Below are positions 39,015 through 52,654 of a stretch of DNA of 64,000 nt, piece by piece; within the stretch, counting starts at the first letter, position 1; every line of letters begins with the position of its first letter. The position numbers were made by a program, and so were the translations under genes. This stretch comes from Schizosaccharomyces osmophilus (lineage: Eukaryota): positions 2,046,001 through 2,110,000 of the forward strand of contig NC_079240.1 in assembly GCF_027921745.1 (NCBI RefSeq), read 5' to 3'. The notes beneath the pieces are model-generated. The model was not told the origin of the DNA. It saw nothing but the letters and a program-made list of their open reading frames with translations, and ran no database searches.

Positions 39015-42000
39015 ATGTCCTCTGGGATCTATTATAAAGGACTGTATGTTTTTTTTTGATACTTGATCATTTGTATTGACAAATTTCCATATAGTCAATG
39101 TTGGATTCCTGATAAAGAACGGCAATGGTCACCCGGAATAGTCAAAAGCTGTGCAATTGAATCAAATAAAGCAACATTAATTGTTGAAGATGAAGACGGC
39201 AATGTATGTAAACATCTTATAAGTTTTACGTCCTAGCTTATGAACGAAATATTAACTGTTGTATTTAGGAGACAACACTTCCTGCGAAACCGGAGGATTT
39301 AGAAGAGGAAGGGAAAAATGGCTTGCCTTTCTTGCGATCCAGTCTTTCTGATCCAGACGACTTAACGAATTTGGCATACTTGAATGAACCGTCTGTCCTT
39401 GATGCATTACTGACCAGATACAATCAATTGCAAATTTATACCTACTCAGGAATTGTTTTAATTGCCTTGAACCCTTTTCAGTCTTTGCCAAAACTTTACA
39501 CTCCTGAAGTTGTACGGGTTTATTCCGAAAAATCTCGAGACCAGCTTGATCCGCATTTGTATGCTATAGCTGAAGACAGCTTCAAGTGTATGAATCGAGA
39601 AAAGAAGAATCAAACAATTATTATTTCCGGTGAATCTGGTGCTGGTAAAACAGTTTCAGCTCGTTACATCATGCGTTATTTTGCTTCCGTTCAAACATTG
39701 AGTGATCCTAGTAGTAGTGGTAATTCGAATTCGGATCCAGTACAGCTGACGGCAGTCGAGAACGAAATTTTGGCTACCAATCCCATTATGGAAGCTTTTG
39801 GGAATTCTAAAACTTCTCGAAACGATAACTCTTCCCGATTCGGAAAGTATATTCAAATCATGTTTGACAAAAATTCTATCATTATTGGCGCTAAAATACA
39901 AACATATCTTTTAGAACGGTCCCGTTTAGTTTTCCAACCAAAGTCAGAACGAAACTATCACATATTTTATCAATTATTAGCAGGTGCTTCTCCAGAACAA
40001 CTAGAAGAATGGCATCTTTCTTCTAATGTTGATGACTATCATTACTTGCGTCAAGGTGAATCGCATACAATAAACGGTGTTGATGACGCTAAGGAGTTCC
40101 GAGAAACAGTAAACGCGCTTAAAACAGTATCCATCAATGATGATACTTCTAAAAGTATTTTCAACCTGTTAGCAGCATTGTTACATGTTGGTAACATAGA
40201 GATCAAGGGTTCTAGAAACGATTCATATATCGACTCCAAGAATGAGCATTTACTGAATGCTTCAATGTTATTGGGTGTTGACTCGAGTTCCCTTACTAAA
40301 TGGTTGACCAAACGGAAGATTAAGATGGCTTCGGAGGGTATTATAAAGCCTTTAACTGATTATCAAGGATTGGTAGTTCGCGACTCTGTCTCCAAATTCT
40401 TGTACGCATCCTTATTCGACTGGCTTGTTGCTACGATAAATACTGCTTTAATGGATTCTGCAGTAAAGCAAAAACAGATATCTGAAAGCTTTATTGGTGT
40501 ATTAGATATTTACGGATTTGAACATTTCGAAAAAAATTCGTTTGAACAATTTTGCATTAATTATGCCAATGAAAAACTTCAACAAGAATTCTATAAACAC
40601 GTTTTTAAACTTGAACAGGATGAGTATGCTAATGAAGGTCTTAATTGGTCTTACATCGATTACCAAGACAATCAACAGTGCATTAGTATGATTGAAAATA
40701 GAATGGGAATACTCTCACTTCTAGATGAGGAATGTCGAATGCCTACAAATAGTGATGAAAATTGGGTCACGAAATTGAACGATGCCTTCGATAAACCAGA
40801 ATTTAAAAATAGTTATAAGAAGGCTAGATTTGGCAATAACTCTTTCACTGTTAGACATTATGCTCTTGACGTAACTTATAATGCTGAAGGATTCATTGAA
40901 AAAAACAAAGATACTATATCAGATGAATTGATTGATCTTTTCAGTGAATCTTCAGTTCCGTTTATTAAAGATTTAGTGCAATTTCGCTTGCAACAAACTG
41001 CTTCACAGGAGTCTGGTGCACCGAGTAATAAGAGATCAAAAACAAAGCCGAAAAGCAATACTTTGGGTTCGATGTTTAAGAATTCCCTCATTAGTCTAAT
41101 GGGTACAATCAACGAGACTAACGCTCATTATATTCGATGCATAAAGCCTAATGAGCAAAAAGAGGCCTGGAAGTTTAATAACGTAATGGTCACATCTCAA
41201 CTGAGAGCCTGTGGTGTATTAGAAACCATCAAGATATCCTGCGCTGGTTTTCCATCACGGTGGACCTTTGAAGATTTTGTCTCCCAATATTATATGCTTG
41301 TTCCTTCGGCTGACCGGTCTGATGATCCCTTGGCTTTCTCAACGGCCATCTTGGGTAAGACTATTGACTCTACCAAATATCAAATAGGTAAATCTAAAAT
41401 CTTTTTCCGTTCTGGTGTTACTCCACAACTAGAGGCCGCAAAGGACCGAGCGTTAAAACATGCTGCTCAACTTCTCTACGATGTGTTCGCTACGAACTAC
41501 TATCGTACACGATTCCTTAACTTACGAAAACGTGTATCCCGTTTTCAAGCAATGGCCCACGGTTTCCTAAGTCGTCGTACTACTCAAGCTGAAGTAATTT
41601 CAAAAAGTGTTTCCATCATTTCATCATTGTGGAAAACGTATATAGAGAGAAAAAAGTTTTTAGAGGCCAAGGCATCCATTGTTTTGCTTCAGTCTGTCGT
41701 TCGTGGTTTCCTATTTCGTCGAAATCAACGAGCAGGTAAAATGGAACAGGCCGCTGCTACCATAAAAAACGTTTGGAAAACTCATCTTGAACGACAGTCT
41801 TTTAGGAAGCTTAGACATTGTACGATCCGAATACAATCATTGATACGTATGAAATATGCCATGGGACAACTTGTTGAGCTTCGTATAGAATCCAAAAAAG
41901 CAAGTCATTTCAAACAGGTTTCATATAAGTTAGAAAGCAAACTGTTTGATATGACAAAGAAATTAGATAAGTCGGAACAAGAAAACACGAAACTTAAAGA

Positions 42001-43705
42001 TAGAATATTTGAACTGGAGTCACATTTGTCAAATTATGCCGAAGCTACTTTGTCAAAGGAGCGTGAATTAGAGCAGACACATGTACTTCTGTCAGATCAT
42101 TCTCAAGATCAAGAGTACAAGTCAGTTTTATCTGGAAAAGAAAAGGAGCTGTCTGATTTACGAAATTCTATCGAACAATACAAGGATGATAACCAGGAGT
42201 TGCTTCGTATGAACACCACTTTAAAAGGTCAGCTAGGAAAAGATGCAGAGGTTATATCCTCTCAGACTGCTGAAATCAAGGACAAAAATAGAATAATAGC
42301 GAAATTAACGAAGGCCTCTAAAGTCCTCAATTCTAGTTTTGGCTCTGAACAGACTCGTGCATCCGAAGAAAAGTCCAGACGAGATAGTTCATTGACGGAA
42401 ATGCGTACACAGAAAGAATTGCTGATTTTATTAATGAATGATGGGTTAAAGCATGATTTGGATAAATTGACAGAGTTTGCCGGAAGAACGTATGTTTGGG
42501 AAAAAACTGTCAAGTTGCTTAATAGAAGCGAAGAAGATGAGAGTAAACCACATTTGTTTTTGGCTAAAGCATTATTCATCATTATCTCTCAGATGTGGAA
42601 AACTAATTTATCTGAAGAAAGTATTGCTTTAATTGAACGTTATTGCGTCCATATACTGGAATATATTTCTCAGAGGACACAAATAAGGAGAGAAGTACGT
42701 GCTGATATGGGTTTCTGGATTGCCAATACTCATACTTTGCTCTATCTCGTTCGCACCAAGTTGTATGGACTTAAGCGTTCGTCTTCCTTGACGTTATCCT
42801 TTAGTGAATCTTACGATGCAATCCATACTGTTTTCGACATGTTAGGTTCACACTTATCAAGGATTGTTTCTACGTGGATTGATCAAATCACCGCGGCTTT
42901 AAGGCCTTTGATCGTTGATGGAATCATTATTAGTGGTAACCAAATTGATAAAGGAGAAAAAAGGCTTATTCCAAGGGTTTTCGATAAAGACGTGAAGTCA
43001 ATTGAACATATACTGCATATCCTCAATGAAGTACACGATTCTTGTCAAACCTATCGGGTAAGTTTAGCTATATTCGCATGCGTAATATCCAGTCTTTATC
43101 GATTTATAGATGTTGAGGCCTTCAATGCCTTGATGACCAAGGAAAAAGGTAGCTGGAAGCGTGGTGTAAATATGTCGTATAACTTTTCTCGTTTAAGAGA
43201 GTGGTGTACACAACGAGGAGTTGTGGAGGCTACGCTTCAGTTGGAAGAAATTAGTCAGGCTTCTAAATTCTTGCAGACCTGTATGAATAAACAAAAGATT
43301 CTGGATAATGTATCCTTGCTATGGATTTTGAATATGCAACAGTTGAGAAAATTATTAGACAAATATGTTGCAGAGACCTATGAATCAAAAGTACCCAAAA
43401 AGGTTATGGATGAATTATCTAATATGGCTCGAGCCGAAGGACTTGATCGACCTGAAACAATCACGTACGATAAAGTGATGTATGAGTTAAATGATACTTT
43501 TGAAGAAGAGCCTTCTCTTGAGCAAGTAACCATTCCTGTTGAATGTAAAGTTACGTATATCCAACGAATTATTGATCTTGCTAGTGCGGAGGAGAGTTTC
43601 GACCAAGCGGTGTTAACTTTGCATGATAATTCGGTTGAATCAAATCCGTTTGAAAACCAGGAGAATGAATTGCGTGACATTGGTAATGGAGTGAAGACAG
43701 AGTAA
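39015..43705 (+). CDS. myo52: Type V myosin heavy chain; two short 5' exons then the main exon
   Basis: GESGAGKT P-loop, NDNSSRFGK, DIYGFE, IQ motifs, coiled coil and DIL-type tail; upstream exons MSSGIYYKGL|QCWIPD. Confidence 0.92.
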
Positions 43706-44043
43706 GAGCTTTGCTTTAAAAAACTGAATATGCGTAACTATTTATGATGAATCCTTTCGAGGATGTTGATGAAGAAGAGGAATTACGATAGACTCGGGTT
43801 ATTTTTTATTTTAATTTAAGTACATTCTTAATAATGACCTGCTTATGTTATCTTTACTATATTGCCTTCGCTGGCTTTGCGTAGTAGTATTCTGGAATAC
43901 TTTTTGATAGCTTTAGATGTAACAGTCAAAGAAAGCGTTTACGCATAGAACTAATTCAAGAAGGAAGATTGGCAGATTTCCCAAAAAAAATCATAGATTA
44001 ACCTAAACTATAATATTTTTTTAAAACATTTACATAACCTCGC

Positions 44044-45137
44044 TTAAGTATAAGATTCTACAAGAGTATCTCTGTTGTTGATGATAGCAGATGGTTCAGC
44101 GTCTTGTAACTTGTAAATTGATTCACAAACAGCCAATTCGGTTGCTGTGGTATCCAAGCCAGCAAAAGCACACCAGTCGTTGACAACAAGACCGGCACCA
44201 ATGACATCTGAACCACGATTGATGGTACCAGCAACAAGGGGAACTTGAAGCAACGATGAAAGTTCGTCTTGCTCTTGAATGCTAGTACGAGGATGAACCA
44301 AAGCACCTTGGTTGCTTAAAGCACAGTAAGATCCGGTAAGAACATTACCAGCGACTGTTTGACGGAAAACTTCGACACCCAAGACATCAGCAATAATTTC
44401 TTCGGTTTCGCGTTCGATATCGGGGTGGACGAGAGCAACATAATCATTACAAGCAACGATATTACCAAGAGCAGAAAGACGCTCATCAACACGTTGAATC
44501 TTTACGGAATCAGGAAGGGAATTGCGAAGGTGCTGAAGTTCATTATCTGTAGTTGAAGCGGGCACTAAAAGACCATTTTTATTTCCGCAAGTTAAACGAC
44601 CGATGATACGAGTACCACCGATAGTAGTGTGTACAACGGGAATCACATCACCCAACTCAGCTTCGAAAACACTATACAAAAGTTAATGATATGGTCAAAA
44701 AACACACGACAAAGAAAAACCACAATTATGAATTCATCAATGGGAAGCATGAAAGCCAGATTGTTTTACGCTGTATAATGAGTTTCTTGTTCAAATTCTT
44801 TGCTTTGAATGCTTTGGTTTCTGCTATTTTCCTTCGAAAGCATTCCTTCACATATTTCAGTTACGATAGCAAAACAGCATTGTCCTGCCAGAAGACATTG
44901 AAATTCAAGAATCACTAAGCACAAAAATTGTTGCTTCCTTCTTTCCATTGACACAACTCCAACGTTAGGTTTTATTCATACCTGTAAAAGTTTTCAGATC
45001 CACCTAAGGCGACAAGGGCATACGAGTTGGTTAATGTAGAAAAGACACCAATCCTAAAGTAATTTATTAGCAACAATTTTTTAAATTTTTAACGGCACAT
45101 ACTCGTTATTATTCTCAAATTGAGCACGTAGAGCCAT
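44044..45137 (-). CDS. tif6: eIF6 ribosome anti-association factor; exons 45137-45103, 45053-44982, 44671-44044
   Basis: [17 protein letters not shown]...[11 protein letters not shown], highly conserved. Confidence 0.96.
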
Positions 45138-45807
45138 GATGGTAAAGGGAAGAATAATTTCGCCTGAATTCTCATTGTCTGGCAATACTACGGTCGATTG
45201 GTTTCTATTACGTTATAAAGGTTAGCGATAAACTAGCGTATTCTAGCAATATATAAAGAATTCAGAAAATGAAGTTTTGCAAATATAGCCCTGGGTTCGA
45301 ATCTTCGAGTGAACGTAATTATAAAAGGTATATTCATACTTTAGAAATTACAAATTGAGCATGGGAAGATTAGGATGAAGCAAACACAAGTGAATTAACA
45401 AAAAGCTAAGCAAAAAATTAAAGGGAAGATTTCAGAAGTAGCCAGATTTAGGACTTTTCCTAATACATTCATTAGTGATGCGCAAAGGAAGAGGGAAAAG
45501 GCTTTAATTTTGTAACACAGGAAAGTATAATAGGAAGTGAGACGTTTTAGAAGTAGGAGGAGAATCCGAGGCGAGTTTCAGGTTGTTTGCGGTACGAGTT
45601 AAGGAAAGCAAGAAATCAGAGTCCATGTGCATAAATTCATCCAATATAAACCATAATGAGTCAAATTTTTAATTTCATTATTTTTATAAAAACCCTATGA
45701 GGTCTCCTTCAATTAGGATTCGTCGTTCAAGAAGACAAGACCGGACCCCAAGTCCCCAAGGAGCGACGGAGTCTATGGAAACCCATACGTAGACCAAGTA
45801 GGCGAAA

Positions 45808-46428
45808 ATGGTAGTTCAGGATAAATGGAAAAAAAGGGCGACAATAGCCTACAGGAAGAAACATAACATTCAAGTTGCACCACCAAAACCACATAAAAAG
45901 GATTTGGGGACGAACGAATGGCGCTTTCAAGAGGCTTCAGAATTTTTCGATGGAGAACAAGAGGAAGAGGAATTTCCCAGTTTAGAGAGCTTGAAACAGA
46001 AAGAACAGGCTAGTAACGAGTTGGAAGGGGAGACGCAAGAGGAAGAGGTCGATTACTCGAAATTGCAAGCACGCCCTCTTACTGGAATGGGAATCGGCCA
46101 GCAACGGCCTAAAGCGAAGATAAAGTCAATCAAACGAGAGGAAGTGCAGGATGTTTTGCAGGCAGCTGAACATGAGAAATCGATTCAAGATTTTCGGAAA
46201 CGATATAATGTTGAAAAGCCCATATTTCGCATACCGAATGCTTCAGGACATGTAGGAGACGAGGAAGATATCGATGACTTTTTAAAAGAAACAGAATCTT
46301 CCGAACTAGGCACTTCTCAAAACGGATTCAACTCACATACACAGCATCCTTCAAAGTCCTTGCCTTCTTCGTCCCTTCCAACATCCGCTGCCAAAGACCA
46401 GTCCTGGCTAGATGACTTGTTACGGTAA
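45808..46428 (+). CDS. Uncharacterised 206-aa protein, basic N-terminus and acidic middle
   Basis: Intact ORF with ATG in good context; ends WLDDLLR. Confidence 0.7.
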   Translation: MVVQDKWKKRATIAYRKKHNIQVAPPKPHKKDLGTNEWRFQEASEFFDGEQEEEEFPSLESLKQKEQASNELEGETQEEEVDYSKLQARPLTGMGIGQQRPKAKIKSIKREEVQDVLQAAEHEKSIQDFRKRYNVEKPIFRIPNASGHVGDEEDIDDFLKETESSELGTSQNGFNSHTQHPSKSLPSSSLPTSAAKDQSWLDDLLR

Positions 46429-46494
46429 TATATGTATATGATATGAATTTTTGTTATAAATGAATCCAGAAATCTCGTTTTTGCTCTCCATTTT

Positions 46495-46761
46495 TTATGC
46501 TGTAGGATATCTTCGATGTAGAACTGTAAATCCACTGGGAGGAGATCTGGCTTTTCGTTCTTCCTCCCTGGAAATGACCTTTTCCACTTCAGATACGCTC
46601 ACCAATTCTTTAATTCTGAATATTTTACCAGCAGATATAGGATTGGCTTCACAATACGCGACCGAATGGCGCTTTCCAAGTCCCAGAGATTCTACAACAG
46701 TTCGAATCTGTTTGGAGAGACCAATGGGAGATCTTTCTAGTTTGATTCTAAAAAAGCTCAT
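46495..46761 (-). CDS. mrpl33: Mitochondrial ribosomal protein uL30m
   Basis: FRIKLERSPIGL...VESLGLGKR...GKIFRIKELV L30 signature. Confidence 0.9.
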   Translation of the reverse strand: MSFFRIKLERSPIGLSKQIRTVVESLGLGKRHSVAYCEANPISAGKIFRIKELVSVSEVEKVISREEERKARSPPSGFTVLHRRYPTA

Positions 46762-47240
46762 TTTCGCAACTGAATCCTTTTATAATTCCTCACGGTTTAT
46801 TTTCTTTCTACAACCAACGCGTTTGGTTCTGTCTATGTTTCTTTCACCACACTCTATTCTGCAATCTCTTTTAACGAGCTACTATACTCTGGTTTAATCA
46901 AAATAAATAAAGTTGCTGCTATTCGTAAAAACTTTTACGAAGCTAGTGCAACGAGAATATAGTAGTCTTTTCCTCCGGAGCTACGCGTCTTTTATTTACA
47001 AGTGCATGTCTTCTATCTGTTCAAACAAGACTGTTTTGGATATTAAACAGTTTTTCGGTTTTTTTACGGAAATCTGTTAAAACAAAAACTTTTTGCCATC
47101 TATAGAGCTTCCTTCATTCGTTGAATCGTGTTTGCTGGACGAACCGCTTTTTCTACATAACTTGTTGTACAATTTAATCATTCTTGGGTTTCTATAATTG
47201 AGGAGAGAAAATGGAGCATTCAGCTTTTTATCAAATTACC

Positions 47241-49609
47241 ATGGCAAAACGGAAACGTGCAGAATCCTCGCCAAATGGTATGTCGGTGATGGTTTTTGCA
47301 AAAACATTCGCATTCACAAGCAACAGGGTCATTAACATGTATTAGCTCCTCTCAGTGCTTTCGCTGCTCGTCACTTGAATCGAGAAAACAAAACCACGAA
47401 AGACAAAAAGAAGAAAGGGAAAAGAAGTGAATCTCCAAACGAAGATGCTGAGCAGCCTGTAGAAAGCGTAGAAGAAAATCCTACTTCTTTAAGTGACCAT
47501 TCTGCTTCCAAACAAGCTTCGTTTCAAGTTTTAGTTCCCGGAATTGATCGTTCTGGCAGAAACGGTATTGATCAACCAGTGCCTTCTCATGAAATTGAAG
47601 ACAAAAATGGGAGTGACAAACCCTCTATGTCATCTTCCGTACATACTACGGAGACTGTACCTTCACGCGCAGAAGAGAAATCTCCTTCTTCCTTGCCCGC
47701 CTCTCCTTCGTTAGTGGAGGCTGATGTGGAGTCGAGACCCAACACACCGTCTTCTTCGCTCAATACATCTTTTCAAAAACAGGAGTCGGGATATCCATAC
47801 ACAGTTTTGACGGAAGAGAACTCTGTCCGAATCGGCAATGTCTTGTTTGTCGGATTGCACTATGGAGAAAAACTGGCTTTGGTGGGGACCTACTTGTTTG
47901 CGTGTGCTCGTGGATGTCTTAGTTTATTTGGCGCTTTGTATGCATCGCGTCCCAAAGATGAAAAGTGTCGTACTTGGCGTTCTTTAAATGTCCCGTTAGT
48001 GTATCCTACTCCTGTTTTCGTTTCTGAGAATATTTCCGATACGTCCTTTACAAAAAAGCCCACCGAACTCACCGACCCTTCCTCACAGGCAAGTCTCCCT
48101 GCGATGGATTCCGCAGAAAATACCAGCTTATCTGACCTCGAAAACGCCTTACACGTAAATATAGACTCTCTGCTTCTCTCCTTTGAAACATTATTAGTGT
48201 TCAAAGTGAATGACCTCGGTATATCTAAAATCCCTCGTGTTTGTCCCTTTGCTAAGCGGCTCTTCAATATGCCTTCTCTTTTAGAAAATGCATCATCCCT
48301 GTCCTCAGCCTTTGAAATCATACCGGATTCTTGGAAAGCCTTTGCTGACTCGATGCTTTCCACGTATGCTTCAAGCAAGCATACTCCTCCAAAATTATTA
48401 GTTTGCGGACCTAAAGGTGCAGGCAAAAGTACTTGTTGTCGATATGTTACGAACCGCTTATTAAATTTCACAGACTATGTTGCATTTTTAGATATTGATC
48501 CAGGTCAACCGGAAGTTGTTCCAGTTGGTAACATTTCGTTGTACTTTATGGACTCCCCTCTTCAGGGTCCTGCTTTTAGTCGCTTGCCTCCTAATGCTCG
48601 GTGTTTTCGAGTTCATACTGGTGAAAGTACTCCTCAGAGGGATCCAACTCACTATCTTGCTTCTACGTACAGGCTTTTCGTAGAATACCAAAAGTTCAAC
48701 TTCGAACGAGAGCTTGAGGGTAAGCCCCCTATCTCGCTGATTGTAAATTGTCCAGGATGGATAAAAGGAGGGGGCGCTGAGCTTCTTTTCAATCTTGTTA
48801 ACCAAATTTCGCCCACTGAAGTAGTTTACCTCAGTAGGAATTATCAGAGAGTCAACACCTCTGATAGAAAAGGTATTTTCCAGTATAAAGAAGGTATCCC
48901 GGAGTTTTTACTACAAGCAACCCCTTTTACGTTTTCTCAATTGGAATCATCTTGGCAGTATTTACCTGACTCTAGTGCGCATCGCATGTCCTCTGCTGAC
49001 AATCGCACTTTAGGGCTTTTAAGCTACCTATATTTTGACTTACAGCATAGTACTTGGGATTTTTCAAGGAGTCTGGCATCACATCAGCCTCTGGCAACAG
49101 CATACAATGGTTCACAACAGGGCATAGACGCAATAAATATCATTGGGGAACCATTAAATCTACTGGATGTTTCAAAAGCCATCAATGGTACTCTATTGGC
49201 ACTTTGCGCATACGAAGTATCAAATGAGAAAGAGTGGAATGATAATCAGATTGCTAAAACGCCCGAGGGAATACCTGTACTCATCAACGATGGTCTTCCC
49301 TTGGATCCAGCCAATGCCCAGTGCTTTGGATTAGTCTTACTTCGGACTATTGATTTGGTAAAAAAGGAATTTCATTTGGTAGGACCGATTAATTTGGACT
49401 TATTGGCAGATGCAGATTCAAAAGGAATGAAATTTGTTCTTGAACGTGGCCGTCTTGAATCGCCGCTTTCTACCATGCTCGATAGACGTTTGGTGATTTA
49501 CCCCGAGTTACCGTACCTCGAGAGGAATCACGCTTCAGTAGCCGCAGGCTCTCAACGAAGACGTGTCCGACGCAACATCAACCGTCGTACTGGTCTAACA
49601 GGTCAATGA
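47241..49609 (+). CDS. grc3: Polynucleotide 5'-kinase Grc3/Nol9; exons 47241-47277, 47346-49609
   Basis: LSAFAAR N-terminal motif after splicing, GPKGAGKS P-loop, DIDPGQPE, NCPGWIKG. Confidence 0.92.
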
Positions 49610-50685
49610 ATTATAGATGTCTACTACAAAAAAAAATTTTGCTTTGTTTAGGACGGCTAAACTTAAAAGAATGAGGATCGTTTGGTTTCATATTTTCGAA
49701 AAAAATCTTGTCGAGAAAATTTCGCAACAAGCGTTGCTTATAGAGAAATGTTTTTGAATGGCATGTGCGGGGCGTACAAAACTCACGGTTGAGCAATAGT
49801 TGCATGCTGCTTCATAAATTTATGGTTTCCATATCGAAACGAATACATTATGAGTTTAACCTTTTAGATAAGAAAAAAAAAAAAAAAAAAAAAAGATATA
49901 TGCGTATTTTGGAATAAGGCTTTAAGTATTTATGGAATAAATTGAATAATATGTCTGGTTTACACTGGTGGAATAAAGCATTTCTAGTTACTTCTAATTA
50001 TTAGGATAAGAATTTTACCGATTCTTTTTTCTACTCAACTTTCCAACTATTACTTTTTCTAGTGTATCACAAGATTAAGTGATAATTGCTGAAAAATAAT
50101 TCCTTCATACACAATTGAGCAAGGCTGTAATTCATTCTACAGATTTAGAGGTAGACACTCCTACATGTCTCCAAATCTTTCATTCCAATGAAACCGAAAT
50201 TCTCCAATATAAATAAAAATAAAAGCGTAACTAGTAAAAGGATCCTTTGCTGTTCAATGAAGCAAAACGTTGATAAAATTCAAGTTCTACACTACATACA
50301 CACTACCATAAAGTACAAGAAAATATAGAAAACAAAAAATTGTCATTAAATAAGTCATAAACAACATTTTGCAAACAAAGCATATTAGCTTTAGAAAAAG
50401 AACGCCAAAAAGAAATCACGACTTCAACGGAAATTCATGGATTTGTAGTTATCCATTCTGAAAACGCTAAAGCAATTAGTAGCATCACATTTTTAGGCCT
50501 TTGTTCTTTCTTTAGGAAATAATAATAATAGAAGAAGCGTAATAAAATTAAATGCAGCATGCGAAAGGCCTTTTAGAAAAGCGAACTCGTAAGTCGGTTA
50601 CGAAAAATAAGCCAGAGGTCACAAACGGAATCAATTTTCCATGATTTATTAATTCAACCAAAATTAATAAGAATTTTTAAAGAAA

Positions 50686-52654
50686 TTATGCAATAGAATG
50701 CTCGGCAAGCAAGTTCGCACGAAACGAAATAGAGGCATCTGAATCATCGTCTAAAATTACTGTGTCATCAGGGTCAAAAGGAATATCGAAAAACCAACGA
50801 TCTTCAAAGCGGTTACTTGGTAAGCGCTGTTTATGTATTGGCAAAGCTCGAGTTCGATCAATCATGACACGTCCTCCTCTTCCACGCCGTTGTCTTACGC
50901 AAAGAGGATTTCGAGCAGACACAAGGTGACTATATTGTTGTAAAGGATCATTAACAGAAATTGATCCTGGTCTTGCAAAGAAGGAATTTGACGCTAATGA
51001 TGCAGGACGTGAACAAGTGGGACCAGCTGCAGATGAAGGCGAAGAAGGAGTAGAAGAAAGAGCGGCATTATTAGAGGGATTAAAGGAATGTAGTGAACCT
51101 TCAAAAGTCTGAGAATGTATATTTCTATAAAAAGAGTCAGGGTATTCAACCGGAATAACAGTGCTGGGATTCTCAAAAACATCAACCCAGTTACGATCCG
51201 CTTGTTCCTTTTTGTTTAGTCGTTCTCGTAAGCGTACTTGAAATTGAGTGATTTGTGACGCGATCATATCGTCTAACATGAGCAATGGTTTGACCTCAAG
51301 GGTACGTGGAGCAGCCGGTCGATAAGCTGGAGGATGAGCAGCAGGACGAGCAGGTGGTGCAGGAGAAGGAGAAGCAATGGGAGCCACAGGTTTAGGTTCA
51401 ACGGGTTTTCGTTTAGGATTAATGAGATCTTCGTCACTATCTTTAATATTCAAGGAGCGCTTCAGTCGTTTGACCAAGCATCGGTGTTGGAAAATAGAAA
51501 AGTCTTGCTGAATGCCATGCAGCTTGAGCTTTTCACGGTTCCAAACTTGGTCAAGTAGTTGATAACTAGTTTCCATATTAAGCCGTAGCTTCCGCAAACG
51601 ATCCATGGATTGTGTATCTGAACGACGAGTTTTACGGGCTTGTCGAACTTCACGTCGGCGAAAGCAGACATAAGGATCATCGTCGTCTTTATCATCACCA
51701 ATTTGTGCAGTGTGTAAAATACACTTTCCTTCTGATCGTATGCGACGTTCGCGCCAATAAGGATAAACATGGCTAGCAAGGGCTTTTAATTTTACAAGAT
51801 CACGTTCCTCAAACGCAGGTAATAATTCTGATGCAGACAAGATTTGAGACGTATCCATGTTTAAAAAAGGTTGTTTTTCATCAATCTCGTCTTCTAATAT
51901 CTGGATTACCCACTCAAAATCTGTTTCAGAATATTTAGCGAGAGAAGCTTGGGACACTTTCAACTCGTCAAAGAATGTCTGATCTTGCTCATCCATGCAA
52001 TAAACCGGGCTAATACATTCCTCCACTGTTAAAGAGAACCGCAGTGAGGTTTTAGGACACAAAAAGTCTCGTTTATAGTATTTGTCTACTACACCGATAG
52101 ATCTTGTTTCACGAGTAGGAATTACAACCTTCTTTGTTTCTCCTCGTATAATGGCTTCATGCGCAGCATTGATGACTTGCTTTAAGTGTTTTTCCTGTAC
52201 AATATGTTAGATATACAAAGCTAGATATCACTAAGTGAATTGTTATAAGCACATTTTGGGTCGCTTTTTGGAACAATTGGTAAAGTATATATATAAAAAC
52301 CATTAGAGTTCATTGCAAGCAGGGGATAATTCTATATTCAAGCTCTGTGGTTTGAGATTCAACATCCTTCATTCCCTTAAAGTTGCAATGCAACTAACTA
52401 GTATATCATCCAAGACATAAGCCAAAAGCTATTAATAGAAAACCATAGCTCCAAAATGTGTTTATGACCTACTATACAAAACCTACCTCTTCCTCTTCTT
52501 TTTCGACTCCTGTCTCCACTTGCGGCACTGTTCGTTGCTGAGAGACTTCTTCATCAAAGTCAGGTATATCTTTTTCTAAACATATGGGCATCACCGTCTT
52601 GATACCAACTTTTCGTTGACGGTATGCCCTCGCATTTTTAGCAACCGAACTCAT
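50686..52654 (-). CDS. epl1: NuA4 subunit Enhancer of polycomb-like; exons 52654-52487, 52194-50686
   Basis: VETGVEKEEE|EKHL, YCMDEQD, DPYVCFRRRE, RRGRGGRVMIDR. Confidence 0.93.

Noticed and set aside
45230..45320. tRNA gene
   Set aside because: B-box only; no acceptor stem, D-arm or A-box.
46460..46897. 145-aa + strand ORF
   Set aside because: Antisense shadow of mrpl33. The other ORFs nested within or antisense to sal3, bgs4, myo52, grc3 and psi1 are rejected for the same reason.
49873..49893. Poly(A) tract, with similar poly(A/T), (TA)n and (AAT)n runs elsewhere
   Set aside because: Ordinary low-complexity intergenic sequence; no retrocopy or target-site duplication seen.
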